Source: Octopus vulgaris (lineage: Eukaryota). From it: a stretch of DNA of 64,000 nucleotides. Below the pieces are notes generated by a model that worked only from the letters and a program-made list of their open reading frames with translations, was not told the DNA's origin and did no database searches. Every line of letters starts with the position of its first letter. Positions within the stretch are counted from its first letter, which is position 1. The position numbers were made by a program, and so were the translations under genes. The stretch covers positions 65,162,001-65,226,000 of the forward strand of contig OX597827.1 in NCBI GenBank assembly GCA_951406725.2. The letters run 5' to 3'. This document shows positions 54,008 to 64,000 of this stretch, in pieces.

Positions 54008-54179
54008 GTATATATGTATATATACATATGTGTGTGTGTATGTATCCATACATATATTCACATACTTAGAATTATATATTGTAAACGTATATATATTTAC
54101 AAAAATTAAAGACATATATAGACATTTATGCATATGTATACATCTAAGTATATTTGTATATAAATCATTCAGTCTGCAC

Positions 54180-54243
<64 letters not shown>

Positions 54244-54693
54244 TTTATGTATGTATATATTCATATCTTTGTGTGTGTGTGGGGTTCTTATTTCATTGAA
54301 TGCAAGCAGAGATAATACCACATGTTTATAGTGACGTGAGAGATTATTGAATTATCTGCAAATATTTTAGCTGACAAATCAAATGATCAAATATAATTAG
54401 CAAAGAACAAATCAGATTACAGAGAAAAAAAATATTAGTGAGTAACATGAAAAATATTGCACGTGTGATAACAAAAATACTCACGACAACAACATTTTCT
54501 ATATTATACATATCGAATTAAGCTTGACAATGATTTTCCTGTAAAAGTTGTAAGCACACACGCACACACACACACACGCCCACATACAAACATGCACATA
54601 CATACATACATACATATATACATACATATATACTTACGTACATAAACATATATATATAAATAGAGAAGAAGATACTGAGATGTATAGATACGT

Positions 54694-54759
<66 letters not shown>

Positions 54760-55309
54760 ATAGGTAGATAGAATAAATAGATAAATACTTACAGACGTTT
54801 TAATCTATAATACAGTAAAAGTCATATTGAATCTTCCTTGCTTGCTTGTAATGTTACTCAGAGAAACTGGTGCATAATGGGGAAATACTGTGAAATAGGT
54901 TCCATCTGTAATGTAAATACGAGCGGAGAGAAACAAATTTCGGGTAAATCGGGTAATTGTGAAGATATTAAGGGTTTTCTGAGTATAAATACCCAAAAGG
55001 ATGCCGAATGGGAAACGTCTACGAAATTAACTTGATCCTGAAAAGGAAGTAACTCTTACCTGTCGATTATAGAATGACTTGATATTTAAATACCGATCTT
55101 ATCACAATCTGAGTGTATTCCACTGGTGAAGGCGGAACATTTCTTAGGCAAAGCCAAAAATCCAGGATCTGGAATTATCCAGTAATTTATTTGCTAGATT
55201 ATTTTGTCGCTTTGTCTTCTCTCCTGGTTCTATATGAATATTTAATGTGGTTTTAGAGTTACGTTTTGACTGCTATTTCCTGCGTGCAGGTATCTCTTAG
55301 ATACCCGAA

Positions 55310-55352
<43 letters not shown>

Positions 55353-56469
55353 CTTATATATGTATGTCCAGTCAGACTGAGATTGGATACAATAATCTTT
55401 GATGAGGTTCACTGCGGAAAAACTGAAATATCTGATCTCCCTTATATCTCTAAATTACTAATTAATAAATCTCACATCAGTAGCATCTTTATTTATATAT
55501 ATTTTACCAAGCAGCATGAAATGATATCTAAACATATTTAACCATTTTTCAGAAACATTCGCTTTGCATTTTTTTTTTTTGTATACGTAGTTTGTCATGA
55601 TACGTTTAAAATTAATTATTCGATTGCGATTCCATTCGATAGAGTCGGGGAAAAACAATCACAAAACATGTCGACACATTTGTTGTAGAATACTTTTCAC
55701 GCAGTTGAAACTTCCTGAAGGAAATATCAGCTGAGATCGACGTTGTAGGCATTGTAAGATAAATCCGGCATAACCTGCAATGCCTCAGGGCCATGTTAGG
55801 TAAATTACTCTTCTATATCTTCTTGAGTGAAACCGCAAGCTTCAGCTGCAGTGCTCCAAATTATCACATCATAGTTTTCATAGCGATTAATTTAATTTGA
55901 AATTTTCTTTGTCATTTTACGTCAGCATTGTATATTTCTAATAATCACACACACCTTTTTAGTCAAAGAGTTTCCGATACAGACATGTATTGCCTCAAGA
56001 ATGAAAATAACAAAGCATAAGAAATATTCTTTGCAGTTTCAGTTATTCATCTTAAACCGCCACTGGCAGAACCAACAATGATATAAACTATGGTTCGAAA
56101 GAAAGAGGTATCGTACTTGTCAAGTTCTTTTGTCAGCGCTACATTTCTTGTCGACGTTATTTCACTTCTCGTTTGCTAAATTTCAATCTGAACACGGTTA
56201 GCGTCATCTTTTGATTCGCCTCTAAAATGTGTGATTGATCTCCAGATTGATCTCTGTGCAAATTATCGATGAGCATTCCACTGTTGGCCACATGAAGAAT
56301 GAACAGTAATAACTTTGCCATTTAGTATTATGATGCAGATGTTAATGAGAACAAGAATATTAGAACGTCAGTTAAGGTCATTGTGTATTGAATGTTAAAA
56401 CGATAGATAGCATTTTTGTTTTATTTGTGCATGTATTTGAATGAGGTGCGTTAAAACTGTCTGACTCTC

Positions 56470-56692
56470 TCTTTCTCTTTTCTCCTTTACTTGTTTCAGT
56501 CATTTGACTGTGGCCATGCTGGAGCACCGCCTTTAGTCGAGCAAATCGACCCCAGGACTTATTTCTTTTTAAGCCTAGTACTTATTCTATCGGTCTCTTT
56601 TGCCGAACCGCTAAGTTACGGGGATGTAAACACACCAACATCGGTTGTCAAGCGATGTTGGGGGGACAAACACAGGCACACAAGCACACACA
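56470..56692 (-). mobile_element. SINE S1, 3' half
   Basis: S1 tail and body. Confidence 0.85.
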
Positions 56693-56699
56693 TATATTG

Positions 56700-56890
56700 G
56701 TCCTTGGCATGTTGGTAGTGTAAGCGGGACTGTTTTTTGTCGTCATATTGTCTCAAATGTTCATTTAGTCTTTCCGCAATGCTCCTAGATGTCTCCTCTA
56801 TGTATGTCATGTTCACGTCTTTAAAAGCACCTTCTATGAATGTTATGCTGTAGAGTATATTTCTAGTCCTACAGTTAATGCCAGTCCTTG
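56700..56890 (-). pseudogene. GIY-YIG endonuclease remnant (PLE-type)
   Basis: INCRTRNILYSIT...TYIEETSRSIAERLNEHLRQY...H. Confidence 0.7.
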
Positions 56891-57999
56891 GTCTGAGTTT
56901 TCAACATGGGATCATCAACTGTTTGAATTTTCTGGATGGTTTGAGATTGAGTATAATCAAACTTTTGGCAAGACTTAATGCAATGTATCCACTTGAAAAC
57001 AAAGATCCAACGAGCGCGCACCACACATTTGCACTCTGGCGCAACACCCGAGAACTGAAGCCGCCTACCAGGGCGAAGATATACACGTATGCGTAGGAAG
57101 GGTTCCATTACCCTCTACCCAAATGATTATCCTACATAGTTTTGGTACATTTTGAACGAACCTTGATACATTTTGAACGTACCTTGTATTTTATATCATT
57201 TGTATATTCGCCCCCGATCAATGGCGACAGATTGCGATTCAGAACTCCCAATAATGTCATGCCTTTGATGTTTAAAGCGATTGATGTCATACTATGAACA
57301 CCAGCATGATACCTGGTTGGTGTAGATACCCTGCAATAATTGACAGCCTATCTTTCTTCGAAAACAACTTAACCATAATTTTAGATCATAGAAAAATATA
57401 ATATCTACCCTTTTCATGCTTCTATAAAAAAGACATCAATGGCTTCAGTAATGCACTCTGATTTATTTGTACCATCAAAAATTCAATACATCGTACGAAA
57501 AGGAAAGAAAATAGCGGCAAGTTTACTATATTCCATATTCGTAGTATTACGATATCGATGCCACTGACGTAATATTGATCTTTAAAAACTCCTAAAAGTG
57601 CTATTTTTACGTAATATCTTTTATCGGGTTTCCAATCTCAGAAAATGCGTCTTCTTACCAAATTTTCGAAAGATAAAGATCTTAAGCTTAAGTTATATAC
57701 ACATAAGGCGATGCTTTGTAAATGTTGTCTGTTCGTTTGTTGAAGTCTCATCTGTCTTATCAACAGACACATGTTTACATGTGTCAGAATTTTCGTACAT
57801 ACATACACATGGCTTAAATTAATAGTAGTATTGTTTGATTATTGATGCGTAATAATTATTCTTTGACAACAGTTTTTCTGCATAGTTTAGCATTGGACAT
57901 TCACACACACGCGCAAACTCACACACACACACATACACACACAAACACACACATTCACACACTCATACACTCATATACATACATGCAAACATCTATTTG

Positions 58000-58030
<31 letters not shown>

Positions 58031-58083
58031 CTGTATGTGCATGGAATTGTATACATATATATGTGTATATATATATCAATTTA

Positions 58084-58138
<55 letters not shown>

Positions 58139-58382
58139 CTCTCTCTCTGTCTGTCTCTCTCTCTCTCATACACTCACAAACACACACGTATGTGTATATG
58201 TATATGTGGATATATAGCCACTTTATAACTTAACTCTAGATGATGTTTACGAAGAAAAATGAAGCTATGGTTATGATGTGATATCATGAAAGGTATTCAA
58301 ATCACAGCTGAGAAGTCAAGTACCTAGATTTGGATCGAGGGAAGATGAGAAGTGACTCAAACTAAATTGCTATACCTCTCTG

Positions 58383-58447
<65 letters not shown>

Positions 58448-58606
58448 ATCTCGATCCACAGTCATACGCCATTTGAATACCACATTCACCGACTTTCTTG
58501 TAAGTACTCACCCTTTCAACAGTAAACGCCCACCCCATAGGCGTCTATACATACATACATACATAAATACATACATACATACACACACACACATATATAT
58601 ATATAT

Positions 58607-58723
58607 CACGTGATCACGTTACCGACTAGGCTATCAGATGTTGCTATACATCGCTGGTCACAATGCGCTTTAGATTGATTTAGCCTTCAAATGACGCCAC
58701 CCCGCTGGCTAAGCGAGCAGGCC

Positions 58724-58724
<1 letters not shown>
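58607..58724 (-). mobile_element. Isolated SINE tail 3 module in a TA tract
   Basis: Reverse complement of 21425-21543. Confidence 0.8.
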
Positions 58725-58754
<30 letters not shown>

Positions 58755-58984
58755 TATAAATGTCACGCACACATATCCCCGAGCCTACACATACATTTAA
58801 ACACATACACGCACACACACTCTCAAGCGCTCTCACATCCCACACTAACACATATAATACCTCAGCTCATAAAGCCGACCTCTTGCTGACCTGCTCGACC
58901 ACAATTATAATAACTTACTCAAGCACAAACACACAAGTCACGACAGTTACACGTACACACAAACACACACATATGCAAAAATGA

Positions 58985-59135
58985 TAGGCGTGGATGTATG
59001 GTAAGAAGCTTGCTTTTCAACCACATGGTTCCGGTATCAGCCCCCTTCGGGCAAGTATCTTCTACTCAAGCCTCGAGCAGTCCAAAGCCTTATGAGTGGA
59101 CTTGGTCGACGTAAACTGAAAGAAGCTCGTCGTAT
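58985..59135 (+). mobile_element. SINE S1, 5' half
   Basis: Diverged head through GAAAGAAGCTCGTCGTATA. Confidence 0.75.
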
Positions 59136-59296
59136 ATATATATATATGTATATATGTCTGTGTGTGTGTATGTATGTATAAAAACACATACACTTATATA
59201 TGTATTTATGTATGTATAGATATATATATAAAGGCATGTGTATATATATGTATAAGTATATATTTACACACACATATATATAATTTATACATACAT

Positions 59297-59393
<97 letters not shown>

Positions 59394-59996
59394 ATTGAAA
59401 TTAATTATGTTTCTGTATATGTTTCTGTGTGTAATGGTCTTTCAGAATACCGTCTAAATCAAATACGAGATTGGCTTACACTGGCATAGATTGTTTAGGG
59501 ACGTTTCGCGGATATGTTTGACTGTCAAAAGTAGACAGCGGATAAAAAACAAATGGAAATATTTTCATGTAATTAATTTTGGGGGGATATTCCGTTGCAA
59601 ATCTCTTTTTCGTTTACGGACATATAAACTTTGTCTTCAACCTGCAATAAACAGAAACATCAATATTTCGTTACTGGGGGTGGTCGTACCTCTGCCAGAC
59701 ATTCTGTCACTGAATGAGACACTCACATAAATTCGTAGCATGTTTATTTAAATCAAACTCTAATTTTTCAGTATATACTCTTGAGTATTTGACGCATATG
59801 TTTACATACACATGAATTCGTGTATGTTTTACATCCTATCCTCTTTTGACCTCACAAAATATCACAACTAACAATGCTTCTTTTATTTATTGCGATGTTC
59901 TTTGTTCATAAAAGATAAATTATTTGTTTGCCAGAAAACATTCGGTAGGCATCTATATTCATGTTTAGAATAAAAACACGTAAATGAATATCTTGA

Positions 59997-60045
<49 letters not shown>

Positions 60046-60364
60046 CGTTCCTTCATGTCTATATTCTCTCCCACAGTTATTTGTTATTTTGCATCATCAG
60101 TTTAACATGCAAGCTTATCTTTGCATGCACATTGTAAATTAGAATTGCACGTATAGCATTCGCGTTGTCAAATTGGTTGGTAAATACTTGATAGTGACAA
60201 ATTTCTGGAAAACATCACATTTCATTACTAATCCAGAACTTCTGAAATCAACAGGATATGACCTTGTGAAACCCCGCAGGTATTCAATTCCGTGTGAAAT
60301 CTATATTATCACGAATAAAAACTTTCTGTATTGAATCAGTTTTACAGAACATGAACGAATCAAG

Positions 60365-60680
<316 letters not shown>

Positions 60681-60805
60681 TATATCTTTTTTGTCCTCTT
60701 TCCTTCCATTTACGATCCCTTTTGATCTAAAACCCTCAAAAGAAAAGCTCTACCTTGTAATTTTGTCCTTTCTGTGTAAAGCCCTGTGTGGCTAATAAAG
60801 AAACA

Positions 60806-60845
<40 letters not shown>

Positions 60846-60969
60846 AATATATATATATATATATATATAAATATATGTACATACATACATACATACATCT
60901 ATACATGCACACTTACATACATACACATATACATGCATACATACATACATACATACATACATACATACA

Positions 60970-61002
<33 letters not shown>

Positions 61003-61271
61003 GTGTATGTATTATATGTTACAGGTGGCACGTATACTTGCTCTTTAAAACCGATTCAGTCGATGCACGTTATTTATAGCTCTGAAGTTATATGAGTGAT
61101 TAAAAAACATAGAGTTTTGTACCAAAGAAGATATCAGACTTAATAGCATTTGAAAACATCATAAAGTACATAGAGTAAAATAGATGTTGTTCGAATTATT
61201 TTCCGGATAGAACTTCAGAATATCGTGTGATAATAGAAATTCAAATTCGTACATTATACGAGATACAAACA

Positions 61272-61312
<41 letters not shown>

Positions 61313-61702
61313 GTACTCTCTTACACAAACACTTCTATGTGTGTATACATATATATGCATGTGTGTTTGTGTTTGTGTACACATATATCTAATTCTAATC
61401 AAATGGTTATACCGTTATATGTATAAGTAAGTTTGTATAGATAACGTACACCCCACGCCACAGGCACATACAGAAATACATGCATATATATGCAAGTGTG
61501 TTCTCGAAGCACATACGTATATTGATGCCGCAACATCTAATAACATCCATATAAAATTACTTACGTACGTTAAACCGCCATACTCGTATTTGTATACTTG
61601 TTCGTGCAAAGTATCTCTTTGTCTTTGTATTTTACGTACAAAACACAAACAGATTCTTACATGAACAAGAACAAATATAATCACATATGTATGCATAAAG
61701 AT

Positions 61703-61761
<59 letters not shown>

Positions 61762-61764
<3 letters not shown>

Positions 61765-61941
61765 GGGAGAGTTCACGAAAAAAAACAAAAGACGAAGACA
61801 GGTGGTGTATAAAACAAACAGTTGTATTGGTATAACACTCAGGAAACTGAAAATGTCTTTTACGTTTCGAGCCTACGCTCTTCTATTGGAATGGACACTG
61901 AAAAAAACAAGGAGAGAAAAAATGCGTGTAATGGCTACCGA

Positions 61942-61943
<2 letters not shown>
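61762..61943 (-). mobile_element. Family-B-related solo pLTR cassette
   Basis: Reverse complement contains GAAGAGCGTAGGCTCGAAACGTAAAAGAC and TTCCTGAG. Abuts (TA)n. Confidence 0.75.
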
Positions 61944-61974
<31 letters not shown>

Positions 61975-62149
61975 TTATATATAAGCAATGACATAAACAC
62001 GCGCACATAAATAGTTATACCACGTTTTATTTACGTATATGTATATACCACGAGATATATAATCATTTCTGCTCGTGTGTTGATAGATTCAGTGATCGAT
62101 GTTCGCAGATAAAAATTATAATACTGCGTTTATTACGACAATCCGTGGA

Positions 62150-62425
62150 TTGCAGAATAGCCAAGACCATAGCTGTGCAGAGACCACACTTGTTATTGTA
62201 GCTGCTGTATGGCTTGAAGTGGGTAACTAAGGACCACTTGTGAGTGTAAGTAGGTGCATCAATCTTAGGGTATTGATAAGCTGAGGTAACGATGTACTGT
62301 TCGATTTTGTTTGAGACTTGAAACTGGAGTATTGGTTGCTCACTCTACCTTTGAAGGTGGTGTTTCATGAACCGATATATATGTAGTTACAGTTGATATT
62401 GTACACTTATAAATGATGATTTTGT
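62150..62425 (-). pseudogene. GIY-YIG endonuclease remnant of another PLE lineage
   Basis: IIYKCTIS..YIGS*NTTFKGRVSNQYSSFK...NSTSL...KWSLV..FKPY....KCGLC, with frameshifts. Confidence 0.75.
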
Positions 62426-62644
62426 GAATCAGTCGTTACCTAAATCTGAGGAGGTTGGGCGTCCGGAGAAGCATAGGATTGTATGGGGTGATCCGTATGA
62501 TATTGTGAGGAGATTGCTATTTAGTGAGGAACTGGTGTCAGGTTCGTTATTATTACTGGTGTTAAGATTAGTATTTGTTAAAGAGCTGACGGTTACGTTG
62601 TGGGGTTGTATAATATGATAATTATTTGCCCAGTGGTATATTCT

Positions 62645-62815
62645 GTCGTTCAGTGTGTGTCCGATCCATCTCCATTTTCTTCGTCTAATCTGAACATGCA
62701 TGGGCTCCTGGTTGACCCTTTCCCAAAGGTCGGTGTTTGGCACTCTGTCGAACGACTTCAGATGGAGGGTCTGTCGGAAACATTTTTGTTGATGAAGGTA
62801 TGGATCTCAGCCGTA
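62645..62815 (-). pseudogene. RTE-clade LINE fragment (region after the RT domain)
   Basis: EIHTFINK ... NTDLWERVNQEPMHVQIRRRKWRWIGHTL. Confidence 0.8.
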
Positions 62816-63376
62816 ATTTTTGACGGCACGGGGCCAGCTAGCAGAAATATAAATTAAAGCTTATATTTCATGATTTAACGATGTCAGTTCAGGCGGTGAA
62901 CTGCTATGAATGTCAACGTTGAAGCTGAGTTTCTATATTTATTAATATAACTTAAGTGGCATTTTGTTTTCCTTAACAATTATTTCAATTACCTTATTAT
63001 AGGCGATTCAATTAAACATTCCCTGGACCGTTACGTACATGACTTTAGACGATCTAAAGTTACGGTAAAAGACGCTGGACTGCCGTGCAGTAGGATCGAG
63101 TCTGAGTCGATATAGTTGGAAAGGACCATTTTTTCCTTGCAACGATGTCTCGTTAAATCACTTAACCAAATAATAATATTGACATCGAGTATTCTAACAG
63201 ATTGTGTGACACAATAATTCTATGAATATTTCTAAATAATTTAGAAATACTCAAGAGATTGAAGAAATTAGATTACCTGCAAAATAAAGAATATTAATGG
63301 TTAACGTAATTAGAATAATTTTTGTTTAATTAATTTTTTTAGAAGGGAAATATATTTTCAAATAAATTACTTGCAA

Positions 63377-63385
63377 GAGAGAGCG

Positions 63386-63422
<37 letters not shown>

Positions 63423-63888
63423 GGAGAGCGAAATAGGGGGAGAGAAATGGAGAGAGAAAGGAGAAAGAGAGGGAAGGAGAAAGAGGAGAGAAATGGAGGG
63501 AGAGAGGCATAGTGATGGAAAGAGAAAATGAGTAAGAGATAGAGAGTGAGAGGGACAGAGGCAAGGTCTTTGAGAGAGAGAGATTAAGACACAAGGAAAG
63601 AAAGAGAGAAAGGACATATATGTGAAAAACAGAGCAATAGAGATGTAGGTGATGGACGCACGAGTGAAAGGCAAAGTCAGAAGGAGAGAGAGAGAGGAAA
63701 AGAACAAACCTTGGGGAGGGAGTGTGTGAAAATGAGAGAGGTTGAGATCAAGCGACAGAGAGTAAAAGAGACAGCGAGCAGGAGGAGATACAAGAAGAGA
63801 CAACGAGAAAGAAAGCCAGATGAGTGACATACATACAAGGGAAAGACAGAAACAGACCAAGTAAGAGAAAGAGTGAGAGACATATATG

Positions 63889-63929
<41 letters not shown>

Positions 63930-63965
63930 AGCGATAATCAGACACATAACGATAGAAAGAGAAAA
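63377..63965. repeat. Purine-rich degenerate (GA)n low-complexity tract
   Basis: Direct inspection. Confidence 0.85.
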
Positions 63966-64000
63966 AGACTGTAAGGGAGAATAGAAATATTTGTTAACAG

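Overview
Repeat-saturated, AT-rich eukaryotic DNA, most likely an intronic or intergenic stretch of an octopus (cephalopod) genome. This is inferred from the SINE families and microsatellite load, not from a database match. No intact host gene is evident, and almost all ORFs in the supplied track are translated (TA)n, (CA)n, (TATC)n or (TTC)n microsatellites. The window holds about 30 tRNA-derived SINE copies built from interchangeable head, core and tail modules, several with clear target-site duplications. It also holds decayed mariner, Tc1 and Chapaev3-like transposases, a short Helitron, MITEs, and remnants of RTE and R4/Dong LINEs. The most interesting signal is a set of Penelope-like elements (PLEs) inserted in (TA)n tracts: one reverse transcriptase (RT) copy, four GIY-YIG endonuclease fragments, and about 13 terminal-repeat (pLTR) copies from at least five families. 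These pLTRs fold as minimal type-I hammerhead ribozymes with palindromic stem III but family-specific, non-canonical catalytic cores (UUGAAAA with a U3:A8 compensatory swap, CUGUUGA, CCGACGA, AUGAUGA). Many occur as solo 170-350 bp cassettes or as a pure fold-back with no coding body. Ribozyme activity is not shown and needs testing.
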